A stretch of 64,000 nucleotides of DNA. Origin: an uncultured virus (IMG/VR IMGVR_UViG_3300027917_000026) (lineage: Duplodnaviria > Heunggongvirae > Uroviricota > Caudoviricetes). The stretch lies in the IMG/VR virus record IMGVR_UViG_3300027917_000026, one strand, 5' to 3'. Below are positions 19,219-28,316 of this stretch, in pieces. The position numbers were made by a program, and so were the translations under genes. The notes below the pieces were generated by a model. That model worked only from the letters and a program-made list of their open reading frames with translations. It was not told the DNA's origin and did no database searches. Every line of letters starts with the position of its first letter. Positions within the stretch are counted from its first letter, which is position 1.

Positions 19219-19403
19219 GCATTCGTGTAACAGGTGACAGAATACCGCACATTTTTAAGTACATGGAATATGATGCACTGTCAGAGGGGCAACACAACCT
19301 AGTCATTAAATACGAAGAATTTTATTTGAAAAATAAATATCTGACGACAAATCAGATGGAAGTTTTAGAAGATATATTCAAACAAGCCGCCGAAAATATT
19401 TAA
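19215..19403 (+). CDS. hypothetical protein, last gene of the + strand block
   Basis: GAGGAG RBS; stop overlaps the stop of the convergent gene in TTAA 19400-19403. Confidence 0.6.
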   Translation: MSIRVTGDRIPHIFKYMEYDALSEGQHNLVIKYEEFYLKNKYLTTNQMEVLEDIFKQAAENI

Positions 19404-19813
19404 GCCTTCTTATTATGCTTGAATCCTCTAATATCCAACAAGTGCCTTTTGAATGCCGAGAAATTGACTACCAATTCCGGCGCAATATCTGACAGCAATT
19501 CAACTTTGATTGAAGCAAAGTGAGCAACCGGTACATTCATTGATTTAATTTCAACATCTTTAAAAGAAGTCATTTTATCAATGAACCCACTTGACTTTTT
19601 GAAAAACCCATAGTAGTCAATTGCAAATATATCTTTATGCTCTAAGGTATAACCCACAAAATCGGCAAACTCACTTTTGAAAAGTCTTCCCTTTTTTGCG
19701 GGAACCTGACGCTTTTTAAAGATTTCATTATTGCCAATACTTGCTACAATGACTTTATTCTCAAAATCTTCCCTGTACTGAATCAGATCCAAATTAATTT
19801 GTTGTTTCATCAT
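19400..19813 (-). CDS. hypothetical protein, last gene of the - strand block
   Basis: 137 aa overlapping the end of the GT-A gene. Confidence 0.6.
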   Translation of the reverse strand: MMKQQINLDLIQYREDFENKVIVASIGNNEIFKKRQVPAKKGRLFKSEFADFVGYTLEHKDIFAIDYYGFFKKSSGFIDKMTSFKDVEIKSMNVPVAHFASIKVELLSDIAPELVVNFSAFKRHLLDIRGFKHNKKA

Positions 19814-20858
19814 AACCCCATTTCTTTAGCCATTCGAAGATTGTCATTTTAGATCTAGCTTTTATATGATCTCTTTGATCCTTACACAATCGCGGGATAT
19901 CTTGTAGTATATTTTGTTTCACATTAGGCCGACCACCCGACTTTGCTACATGTTCTTCAAACCATGTTTGCCCACCGTATAGATACGCGGCAATACAACG
20001 ATTGCGCAAAGTGTCGCCAGAATTGAATGCATACCCGCGTTTTTCTCCATGATGGTATAACGCCGTTTTAACAGGCATGATCCATTTCTTTTTATCCATG
20101 ACCCCTAAAGTGAAATTCATAAAATGTTCACCACCACTGTAGATCCCTAATTCTCTAGGCCACCCGCCGACCTCTTCATACAAATCCCTTGTCATCATCA
20201 TGCCACATGTAGACATACAAGGAACCTCATAAGGTTCGGCCTCTTGTCGATATGAAGCAAAACGATAATCCAATTGAACCTTATCAGGATTGCGGATAAA
20301 TCGCAAAGAGTAGATAAGCCTATGCCATTCAAGGATCTTGTAAGTCAACGGCAAATGCAATGTTCCATTCATTTCTTGATAATGATCTTTGTAGTAAAGG
20401 TATTGATCGAATATAGAATCCCTACCCGCAATGCAATGTGCATCGATAAAAAGAAGATATTTGCTGTCAGACGATTCAACACCTACCCGCTTTGCATTCC
20501 AATGTGAAAGCTTATCTTTGTAGTCAATTGTTCTAAGCCATTTATTTCCGGGCATACAATTCTTTAAAACCTGACCACCTTGATCTTCCGCGCCAATGCC
20601 CACTTCCATTGCATCAAACCAATTGCATATTGCCGTGTAGTCATCCTCAATTTTGAAACGGTTTTTCAATTGCCGAGCCAACCATCTTGATTGATCTCGA
20701 TCCTGACGAATAACTTCTTTGCAATAGTTGTTTACGGCAATTACCTCAAAATCAACTGGATCCCATCGATTCGATAGTTCTTCATTTATACTTTGCAACG
20801 TGAAGACAAGTTGCGGATACTCATTTACAAATGGCACTATGATTGATAATTCCGGCAT
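19794..20858 (-). CDS. GT-A fold glycosyltransferase (GT2/GT27-like, DxH motif)
   Basis: LSIIVPFVNE, LLFIDAHC, YEEVGGW...YSGGE. Confidence 0.88.
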   Translation of the reverse strand: MPELSIIVPFVNEYPQLVFTLQSINEELSNRWDPVDFEVIAVNNYCKEVIRQDRDQSRWLARQLKNRFKIEDDYTAICNWFDAMEVGIGAEDQGGQVLKNCMPGNKWLRTIDYKDKLSHWNAKRVGVESSDSKYLLFIDAHCIAGRDSIFDQYLYYKDHYQEMNGTLHLPLTYKILEWHRLIYSLRFIRNPDKVQLDYRFASYRQEAEPYEVPCMSTCGMMMTRDLYEEVGGWPRELGIYSGGEHFMNFTLGVMDKKKWIMPVKTALYHHGEKRGYAFNSGDTLRNRCIAAYLYGGQTWFEEHVAKSGGRPNVKQNILQDIPRLCKDQRDHIKARSKMTIFEWLKKWGYDETTN

Positions 20859-20860
20859 TA

Positions 20861-21529
20861 CTACATTTCCTTTCTTCCATATTGACCAGCGAAACTCATT
20901 ATCTCATATCCCTTCTCAAACCATACCGCATCTTTGTAGGCATTGACCTTTTCGATTAGGCTTGCATAGGTTTTAGTTATTCTTTGATATGCGAATCGTG
21001 GTAGTAATTCCATTGGCGACCATGAACGCGGATTCCATTCATTCCATTGAATCGGCCTATTGAGAAATTTCTCAATGACTACACGGTTTTGAAACATGGT
21101 TTCATATCTGACAACCAAAACAGGGTAGTCATGTTTTTTACTAGTCCAACTATCGAACATTTTTTCATAGTTAAACCAATCTTTTTCAAACAAATCAACA
21201 TTTGCTAAGTTGGTATAGCATCCACAATTCTTCGCATGAACATGGTCAAATCGGTGTCTTGCTGTAGACACAACGGCGGCAATCGGATCACCAAAAACCC
21301 AAATGACTTTTCGCTTATTCCTACAATGTTCCCAAAGTTGTTCATGCCATGGATCATGGTAGTGATCGGGCGGCGCGAGACTATGACATTTCATTACAGG
21401 CAAAGCCGCTAATGCCGCGCCTTTTGGCGAACCACTACCTTGCGGCAAACCCGCCACGGAACGAAAAAGGTATGTGGTGCCACAACGCGGCATTCCAACA
21501 ATTGCTACCTCTTTTTCCTTACATTCCAT
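20861..21529 (-). CDS. sulfotransferase-like protein
   Basis: 5'-PSB-like loop GMPRCGTT, DPIAAVVS, VVRYE. Confidence 0.7.
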   Translation of the reverse strand: MECKEKEVAIVGMPRCGTTYLFRSVAGLPQGSGSPKGAALAALPVMKCHSLAPPDHYHDPWHEQLWEHCRNKRKVIWVFGDPIAAVVSTARHRFDHVHAKNCGCYTNLANVDLFEKDWFNYEKMFDSWTSKKHDYPVLVVRYETMFQNRVVIEKFLNRPIQWNEWNPRSWSPMELLPRFAYQRITKTYASLIEKVNAYKDAVWFEKGYEIMSFAGQYGRKEM

Positions 21530-21531
21530 AA

Positions 21532-22302
21532 TTACTCCTTTCGCAACACAACACCGTGTTGACCGTGGTAATATAATATCTCATTTATTTTTCGAGTTGA
21601 AGCGGTTCTATCAATTACTTCAAAACCAATATCTTCACACATCAAAACCATTCTATTCATAGATATCTTCAAATTGATTTTTTGAATATTCGATTCCGAT
21701 TCAATGTAGGGAATGTGCTTTTCCTCATCCTCAATTGCTTTGCGCCATTCTATTTCTGTTTCATGTTTCTTTTTTCTGAATAGCCTAGAGAAATAAATGA
21801 CTGCAACACCACCTGTTTTCAACGTGCGATAACTTTCACGCAAGTAATTCTTTGCAATTTTAATCTTGCCTAGATGCATGAAAACAGTCCATGAAAAAAT
21901 GAAGTCAAAATAATTATCATCTGCCGGAATCGATTGACCATCGGGCGATTCCAGAAGTTTAAAATTAAAGCACCCCTGTTTTTTTAAGATATCACCAACT
22001 AAGTCATTGGCACCATGAATGTCTACACCAAATGACTTTTCAAAATGTTTTGCGGCGGCGGCAACTAGCAAACCCGGCCCATATCCAATTTCTAATGATC
22101 GTTTCCAACCTGACCGCAAATGACTTTCCGCAAACGGTAGGAATTGCGAACCGAAAACAGAATTCCTACTTGACCCTTGCTTATCCGCGCCGCCATGGGA
22201 TATAGAATAGAAGCGATATAGCGCACGTTGCGGATCATCTGAATTCCTTATTTTCAAAAGTGCTTCTTTATATCCATCAGGAGTGCATTTTAATTTTGTC
22301 AT
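21532..22302 (-). CDS. class I SAM-dependent methyltransferase
   Basis: LEIGYGPG, GVD, FDFIFSWTVFMHL, LKTGG. Confidence 0.88.
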   Translation of the reverse strand: MTKLKCTPDGYKEALLKIRNSDDPQRALYRFYSISHGGADKQGSSRNSVFGSQFLPFAESHLRSGWKRSLEIGYGPGLLVAAAAKHFEKSFGVDIHGANDLVGDILKKQGCFNFKLLESPDGQSIPADDNYFDFIFSWTVFMHLGKIKIAKNYLRESYRTLKTGGVAVIYFSRLFRKKKHETEIEWRKAIEDEEKHIPYIESESNIQKINLKISMNRMVLMCEDIGFEVIDRTASTRKINEILYYHGQHGVVLRKE

Positions 22303-22305
22303 TAA

Positions 22306-23535
22306 TTACTTCCTTTTTATAGGTTGTTTTCTTGCGACTATCTTTTGACCAAAAAACCAATCAATTTCATTTATCTCAATTGGATACATTTCTTCGGGTA
22401 ACATTGCAAGCATCATTTTCATGGAGATATTGTGCAAATGCCACTTCGGCATTGACTCTTTGCGCCATGGCTGATAATAAGGGCTTGGCCAGTAGAGATA
22501 CATTAAACCACCTATTTTCAAAACCCTTGACCATTCCTTTAATGCTATTTCGGGCGATTGCAAATGTTCAACACAATGACTACTAAAAATAAAGTCCACG
22601 GTGTCGGGATGCTCATTTATTTTGTAGGCATGTTCATCCTCACCCTCACCAATTGGTCTTGCCCCCGGAAGCGGATGATTACCCGCGCCGATATCCAAAT
22701 ATCTACCACTATCACGGTCCAGACTTTCGATCCAATCAAGTGCATCTTTTACTACAAATTGCACTTGATTATGTTGCTCTAATTCCTTTATCTTCCGCAA
22801 ACCCTGTACCATTCTGTGAACATCTGATGTTTGAATTTCTTTTAAGCATAGGTGTTTGATATCATTTTCGCAAGGTGATGGATTATAGCAATAACTACAC
22901 CACTTTTCATTGCACATATTGATTTGATCCTCATAACCATTCCATGACGGATGAGCAAAACCACCGTAGATAACAATTGCTTGTGTACCAACAGCCTTTG
23001 CAATGTGAGATATTCCGCCTTCCGCGCACACCACGGCATCACAACCAGAAATGAAGTAAACAAGATCTTTGATTGACGGTACTCTTGGTATTGCTACATA
23101 ACCCGGCCGTCTTGCCAATTCAGCAAATTTAGGCCAAACCTTTTTGGCATCCCAATGACCTTTATGTAGTAATTGCACACCCACAATTGGTGGTGTTTGC
23201 GGCGTGTGTTTTGGCAACTTAAAATGAATTTCGGGGTTCAGTATTGGCTTTTGTGTAGTCAATTGTGCATTTTCACAAATGATCTTCCAATCTGAAATTA
23301 TATGATGACAGGTGGGCCATTTGCGATGAATCGGATCGGGATACCCAAGAAAAATTGCCTCCTCTTTTCGATCCACGCCAATGTGATCAACATAAGGATT
23401 ATCTTCAAGTAATTCTGGAAAATTGGTATTGACTACAATTTCACTTTGTGGGTATGCCTCTTTTATACGCCGCAAAGTTGGGGTAACAAATAGAAGATCT
23501 CCAATTCCGTTAAAGCTTTTGATTTTGATAATCAT
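22306..23535 (-). CDS. GT9 (ADP-heptose heptosyltransferase-like) fused to C-terminal SAM methyltransferase
   Basis: GGAGG RBS before ATG 23535; GIGDLL, KKVWP, EGGISHIAKAVG, Cys cluster CSYC..C..C; then LDIGAG, SSHCVEHL, LKIGG. Confidence 0.85.
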   Translation of the reverse strand: MIIKIKSFNGIGDLLFVTPTLRRIKEAYPQSEIVVNTNFPELLEDNPYVDHIGVDRKEEAIFLGYPDPIHRKWPTCHHIISDWKIICENAQLTTQKPILNPEIHFKLPKHTPQTPPIVGVQLLHKGHWDAKKVWPKFAELARRPGYVAIPRVPSIKDLVYFISGCDAVVCAEGGISHIAKAVGTQAIVIYGGFAHPSWNGYEDQINMCNEKWCSYCYNPSPCENDIKHLCLKEIQTSDVHRMVQGLRKIKELEQHNQVQFVVKDALDWIESLDRDSGRYLDIGAGNHPLPGARPIGEGEDEHAYKINEHPDTVDFIFSSHCVEHLQSPEIALKEWSRVLKIGGLMYLYWPSPYYQPWRKESMPKWHLHNISMKMMLAMLPEEMYPIEINEIDWFFGQKIVARKQPIKRK

Positions 23536-23551
23536 CTTTACCTCCATTCTG

Positions 23552-24847
23552 TTATAATGCTTTAATACCTTTACCCCAAATTTTTGATTCCTGAAAAATT
23601 GGTTCATAATAATGTAGATAAAGGTTGTCCATATTATAGATCCGCCGCATATAAGTGCGTGTCAAACAACCTTCATTCTGAACAAATCGACCCAATACCA
23701 GATTTGCTACATTGTCAAAATATTCATCCCAACTCATATCAGGCTTAATATTCTTAGGATCAAAAATATTATGATGTGAACCAAAGTCTACATATAATCC
23801 AGAATTGCCATATATTTCAAGCATCATATAAAGACTTTTATTCAACACCATATAATTTCCGGCAAGTGCCGCCTCTGGGCCGACAAGCCCGAATGATTCT
23901 TCAACAGTGGGAAACATAAAAATGTTTGAACAAAGTAGTAATTCGCGCAACATTCTTTTTGTGATTCCGGTATTATATTTTTCATCCCATTCAGAAGTAA
24001 AAACAAATTCGTCAGGATCTAAACGTGCTTGTGCCGCAATTCTATGATAGTCAGGTAATTTTTGTTCGTGAGGCCGCCCATACCATTGATTTGCTACAAC
24101 CAAGAAAACACTGAATCCTTTACTTTTAATTGCACCAAAAAATTTGATTACTTTATCCACTTGTTTTGCATGTAGTCTATCCGTTGACGCGGGGTACACT
24201 TGAATAAAATCGGATTGCATCATTGCGGGGTAGTCATCTATAAATCGGCGGGTTTCTGGATGAAAATCATAAAAGCTTCGTAAATCCTTGATATGCGGTA
24301 TTATACGAACATCTTCAACGTGGCCTCTGAATTGTTCAGCAACCCTTGTGCGCTCGGTGTTGTTCGGGAAGATAAGTTTGTGATTCGGCCCATACCGTCT
24401 AATATCCCACCAATCATTCATTGTGCTAGGCACACTATGAATCCAATGTAGCCATCTGGCATTCGGCACATGTGGGCTTGCTTTGCGAATAGCTAATGAA
24501 TATGGAAGATTCCATCCAGTGAAAACCCAATCATGGGTAAAAATGTAGTCAATGTTGTGTTCATGAATTTCACCAATTAAAATTTCTTTTAATTTTTCTG
24601 CATATCGTTCATGCTTTTCGGATAACCTTTTCTCGGTGTGATAGTCATCCAAATGCACAAAAGGTATCTTCCGCAAAACCTCTGCCTGTAAGGGTTCATC
24701 ATATGCCTCATTATAGGTATCACATGTGTAGAAAAAAACTTTATTGTCATATCTTGACAACATTTCACATTGATCTTTTACAATACCTGATAAGGAATAG
24801 CCCGGATGGAAGTCTTGAAAGTTTGTGAGGATAGCAATATTAGCCAT
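23552..24847 (-). CDS. GT-B glycosyltransferase (GT4-like)
   Basis: EESFGLVGPEAALAG (Ex7E) motif; AAGGAG RBS. Confidence 0.85.
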   Translation of the reverse strand: MANIAILTNFQDFHPGYSLSGIVKDQCEMLSRYDNKVFFYTCDTYNEAYDEPLQAEVLRKIPFVHLDDYHTEKRLSEKHERYAEKLKEILIGEIHEHNIDYIFTHDWVFTGWNLPYSLAIRKASPHVPNARWLHWIHSVPSTMNDWWDIRRYGPNHKLIFPNNTERTRVAEQFRGHVEDVRIIPHIKDLRSFYDFHPETRRFIDDYPAMMQSDFIQVYPASTDRLHAKQVDKVIKFFGAIKSKGFSVFLVVANQWYGRPHEQKLPDYHRIAAQARLDPDEFVFTSEWDEKYNTGITKRMLRELLLCSNIFMFPTVEESFGLVGPEAALAGNYMVLNKSLYMMLEIYGNSGLYVDFGSHHNIFDPKNIKPDMSWDEYFDNVANLVLGRFVQNEGCLTRTYMRRIYNMDNLYLHYYEPIFQESKIWGKGIKAL

Positions 24848-24892
24848 GGTTTTACTCCTTTCATTTGCGGTTCCTATTTACATAGGCCGCGA

Positions 24893-25552
24893 TTATGATT
24901 TTGAGGTAGTCTTTATTTCGTATTTAAAGACTTTTTGTATTTCATCATGCTTGAATACTTTATTTATTGTATCATGTTTAAAAACCCTGTTTTGGTCTTG
25001 ATACTTGAAGATAATTTCTGGATCACTCGCAGGCAATACAGTGTTTTCAAGCCATAGGTAGTCAACATGAAAATGATGTGTCGGTGTGCCTGACCAATTA
25101 TGATAAATCCGAATTCTGAATTGTTGACTACTTACATAATTAGAATATTCATCACCATCGATGCTAAACGTGTAGTCATCCTCTGTTGCCCTTGACGGAA
25201 AATCACCACTATCCGCCGTGAAGTCATCCCATTGACTCAAAGTAAAATTCCACTTTTGTATTTTAACTAAGTGCGCGGGGTTGCCCTGATAATAGCCGTT
25301 TAGATGGATATCCCATGAAGTCATTACAACTGGCAATCCCTCAAAATAAAATTGAAAGTCAAAGCCGGGGTTGCCTGTTACTTCTTCAAAAACCATCGGC
25401 GTGCCATCGTCTGAACGTGTATCATTTAACGTTCCAGAATCAAGATTGCCAATGGTCAGGATATAACTACTTGCATAATACCACGGCACCGTGGTTGTGG
25501 TGGTGCTAGTGGTACTGGTGGTTGTAGTTGTTGTGGTCGTGGTAGTTGACAA
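24893..25552 (-). CDS. virion-type protein with N-terminal poly-Thr tract and C-terminal 9-aa repeats
   Basis: TTG start; 20-residue S/T run; beta-rich domain; (K/R)VFK(H/Y) x3; in frame with the upstream ORF across one TAA. Confidence 0.7.
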   Translation of the reverse strand: MSTTTTTTTTTTSTTSTTTTTVPWYYASSYILTIGNLDSGTLNDTRSDDGTPMVFEEVTGNPGFDFQFYFEGLPVVMTSWDIHLNGYYQGNPAHLVKIQKWNFTLSQWDDFTADSGDFPSRATEDDYTFSIDGDEYSNYVSSQQFRIRIYHNWSGTPTHHFHVDYLWLENTVLPASDPEIIFKYQDQNRVFKHDTINKVFKHDEIQKVFKYEIKTTSKS

Positions 25553-25555
25553 TTT

Positions 25556-25879
25556 TTAGGTTTCCTTTATCTTCATTTTAACGTCAATTTCATATTTGTT
25601 CGCAAGGCTTGTGACGATATAAAATGTGATTTTGTAAGGTGTCAGTGTAGTGGTTCCGCCTTTCACCCTAACTTTGAGATAATGCAAAACATCATCCTTT
25701 GCTTTTGTAGCAATCTCAATAACATCACTTGTGACCTCAGTGGCAAGGTCTGAATAACTCCATGCCTTGATATCACTACTTGCAAGGTCAATTGTTTCGC
25801 CTGTATCCACAACATCTTCGATAGACCCAGCAATAACCCACTCTTCCCAATTTTGCTTGGTAAAACTTTCGACAGCCAT
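25556..25879 (-). CDS. small beta-sandwich virion-type protein
   Basis: 107 aa beta-rich; late-gene context. Confidence 0.65.
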   Translation of the reverse strand: MAVESFTKQNWEEWVIAGSIEDVVDTGETIDLASSDIKAWSYSDLATEVTSDVIEIATKAKDDVLHYLKVRVKGGTTTLTPYKITFYIVTSLANKYEIDVKMKIKET

Positions 25880-25881
25880 TT

Positions 25882-26019
25882 TTACCCTTTCCTTATAATT
25901 CGTTTAAATACATAAAGTGGTTTGCCCAATGCCGTGATAATTACTTCGGCAATCCTTTTGCCATAGCCTTGTGTTACAATTAATTGGCCCGATCCGAATC
26001 CTTTTGTAATTATCTTCAT
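25882..26019 (-). CDS. small protein with IITKGFG/IVTQGYG repeat (45 aa, not in ORF track)
   Basis: MKIITKGFGSGQLIVTQGYGKRIAEV...; fills the gap, with ATGA overlap. Confidence 0.6.
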   Translation of the reverse strand: MKIITKGFGSGQLIVTQGYGKRIAEVIITALGKPLYVFKRIIRKG

Positions 26020-26672
26020 ACACGCCAGCTATCATAGATTTTATAGAAGTTATCACTGACAAGTTTTTTCAAACGGTTTTCTAGTCTGTGATCTAGTTCG
26101 CCATAATTTCTTTTTTCTGTCTTGAAGTCAAAATTGCGAAAGTCCTTTTTAATTGCCGCATTATAAGGAAGATCTTTATAAAAAAATTCGTATCTGATAA
26201 TTTTATTGCCCGATGCTAAAAAATCTTTTACAATCGGATTCCATTGACTACACCACTTTTCAACCGCGCCAATCGTATTGAACCCTCCCAATGCCCGACA
26301 GTGGTTAGGGTGTCGATGACCAAAATAAGAAACATAAGCGTGTAGCGGATGCCTGACAATGCAATATGCGCGGATTTTATTTCTAGTCAAAAACATTTTT
26401 CGCATAGAACACCAGCCCGACAGCAAAACCCAATGACTACATGATTCAATCATATCCACAAGATTTTGTTCAATTGTCTTCATCGGACTTAGAACATGAC
26501 CACCGGTACGGATTGCCCACACCTTTTGTTTTTTTAGATTTGGTAGCATTTCGATATTCAAACCCTCACCCCACAAGGTATCAGGCCGCTTCGCGCAACG
26601 CCCGATATGTCTGTGAATATAAGTAGTGCCATGACCACCCATCGGTGTTATTATCGTTTTTTTCTTAAGCAT
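26016..26672 (-). CDS. sulfotransferase-like protein
   Basis: PMGGHGTT loop, 3'-PB-like IVRHPLHAYVSY, IIRYE. Confidence 0.72.
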   Translation of the reverse strand: MLKKKTIITPMGGHGTTYIHRHIGRCAKRPDTLWGEGLNIEMLPNLKKQKVWAIRTGGHVLSPMKTIEQNLVDMIESCSHWVLLSGWCSMRKMFLTRNKIRAYCIVRHPLHAYVSYFGHRHPNHCRALGGFNTIGAVEKWCSQWNPIVKDFLASGNKIIRYEFFYKDLPYNAAIKKDFRNFDFKTEKRNYGELDHRLENRLKKLVSDNFYKIYDSWRV

Positions 26673-26686
26673 AATTTAACCCTTAT

Positions 26687-27214
26687 TTAAGGAAGAAAAT
26701 CAATAGCCTCTAAGTCGAAGTTCGGGGGTGCTGTAATATCCGTAAAGATGTATAGCCATTGAATATCGTATGGCTCCGTCCAGTTTAGATCCACAATATC
26801 TCCCGATTGATATGTGTACCACGAACCATCCAGCGATGAATAAATGTAGTTATTATTATCATCGTATAGCCTGACTCCAAACTGGTACTCTGTATCACTA
26901 AGAGTCAGCCGCATTTTACTCGGACGGTATTCCTCTTCCCAACTGTTGATCGGGGATATCTTGAGAAGATATTGCTCTGGCTCATATTGACTCTGCCAAT
27001 GGTCAGTTACCCAAGACCCGTAAGGATCTGAGGGCCACGGAGTCCATTTTGTGTTATCAAAATAATCATCTTCCCACGATGGATGCCTTGCATCCCAACG
27101 CTTTTCCCAACCCGAACCTCTTCCCGGCGTTGCACGTCTGGCCGCACGTTTCGGGCCAATTCCACGAAGGCTTGATCTTTTCACACCCCTTTTTCTTTTT
27201 ATCTGTTTTACCAT
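26687..27214 (-). CDS. hypothetical virion-type protein with basic N-terminus
   Basis: 175 aa; Arg/Lys-rich N-terminus then aromatic beta domain. Confidence 0.65.
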   Translation of the reverse strand: MVKQIKRKRGVKRSSLRGIGPKRAARRATPGRGSGWEKRWDARHPSWEDDYFDNTKWTPWPSDPYGSWVTDHWQSQYEPEQYLLKISPINSWEEEYRPSKMRLTLSDTEYQFGVRLYDDNNNYIYSSLDGSWYTYQSGDIVDLNWTEPYDIQWLYIFTDITAPPNFDLEAIDFLP

Positions 27215-27226
27215 TCGACTACCTCT

Positions 27227-27430
27227 TTAAGTAGTTGTTGTGGTTGTAGTGGTTGTTGTGGTTGTCGGGCCAGATCCACCACCACCAACACGTTGCCATC
27301 CCGACTCTCCACCACGTATCAATGGCGGATGACCTTTTTTCTGATCGATACGAAGATTATCAGGACTAAAACTTTTCACCGCATCCCGACCAATTTTTTT
27401 CTTAATAATTTTTACAGGTGGTTTTGCCAT
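27227..27430 (-). CDS. small basic protein with GGGGSGP linker and C-terminal T12
   Basis: GGAGTAAAA RBS; ends GGGGSGPTTTTTTTTTTTT. Confidence 0.75.
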   Translation of the reverse strand: MAKPPVKIIKKKIGRDAVKSFSPDNLRIDQKKGHPPLIRGGESGWQRVGGGGSGPTTTTTTTTTTTT

Positions 27431-27441
27431 CTTTTACTCCT

Positions 27442-28116
27442 CTAAGTTGTTGTGGTTGTTGTGCTGGTCGTAGTTGTTGTGGTACTTGTAGTTGTAGTAA
27501 TTCGTACCCTCTCAAAAACATCATCTGACGCGGGTACACCATTTGAATCAAACAGATTGAATCTAGCAATTTCTGTCACATTATCTTCATCATAAAAAAT
27601 CATTTGATTCGTTGTTGTATCAATTTTCCAACGACCACCTTCCATTGAATGAATAAATTGTGTCTTCGTATAAATGTCCGACAATTGGGCTTGCTCAGAA
27701 GGTGTCAATCCACTTCCACTATCAACTTCACTTATTGTCGGTGATGAAGACAATGCCCTATCAACAGTGATATAATCTGTTGGATATCTAGGATCTATTG
27801 GATCACCATTATCATCTACTGCAACTAAATTTCCGCCGCTTATTATACATAAAGTCCAACTAGGGCCACCTCTTGCTTCAAAAGCTAAAACAGCATTATT
27901 AAGCGTTGCGGTAATTCCTACAAAGTCAGTGGCACCGATTGGTTCTTTACCACCCGCATCAATTAGGTAGTCAAATACAAGTCCGTTTGGACTATCCTCC
28001 AAATATTTGCAAGTGTCGTATAAGTCCTGAACTGTTATTTCCGTAGAGGGTGACGCAACAGTTAACAATCTAGGGCTTAAATCCCAATCGATGCTGACAT
28101 CACTTCTTATCGTCAT
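27442..28116 (-). CDS. virion-type protein with C-terminal poly-Thr/Ser tail
   Basis: 224 aa; 18-residue T/S tail; TVQDLYD motif echoes 28317..30848. Confidence 0.75.
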   Translation of the reverse strand: MTIRSDVSIDWDLSPRLLTVASPSTEITVQDLYDTCKYLEDSPNGLVFDYLIDAGGKEPIGATDFVGITATLNNAVLAFEARGGPSWTLCIISGGNLVAVDDNGDPIDPRYPTDYITVDRALSSSPTISEVDSGSGLTPSEQAQLSDIYTKTQFIHSMEGGRWKIDTTTNQMIFYDEDNVTEIARFNLFDSNGVPASDDVFERVRITTTTSTTTTTTSTTTTTT

Positions 28117-28303
28117 CCTTTGACTCCTCTAAGTTAACGACAATTCTGTTTTCATTGGCTTGCATTTGTTTTCTTTCAATGACTTCTTTCATACGCCGAT
28201 ATTCCTTAATCGTTGCGTATTCTTTTTCAATTGCTTCCTCAAAAGTCTTGATGTTTTTTCTACAAGCCTCAATTCCTTTTTCAAGTGCATCCGCATTATA
28301 CAA
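28100..28303 (-). CDS. small coiled-coil protein
   Basis: TTG start at 28303 after AAGGAG; heptad-like EKGIEACRKNIKTFEEAIEKE. Confidence 0.6.
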   Translation of the reverse strand: MYNADALEKGIEACRKNIKTFEEAIEKEYATIKEYRRMKEVIERKQMQANENRIVVNLEESKDDDKK

Positions 28304-28316
28304 TGATTTACTCCTT

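Noticed and set aside
19400..19403. Terminator or attachment site at the strand convergence
   Set aside because: The two stops simply overlap in TTAA; no hairpin, att-like repeat or integrase is visible.
24867..24890. Hairpin GCGG-CCTAT-GTAA-ATAGG-AA-CCGC (minus strand) upstream of the GT4 gene as a terminator
   Set aside because: No U-tract follows on the coding strand; it may be a processing or stability hairpin but support is too weak.
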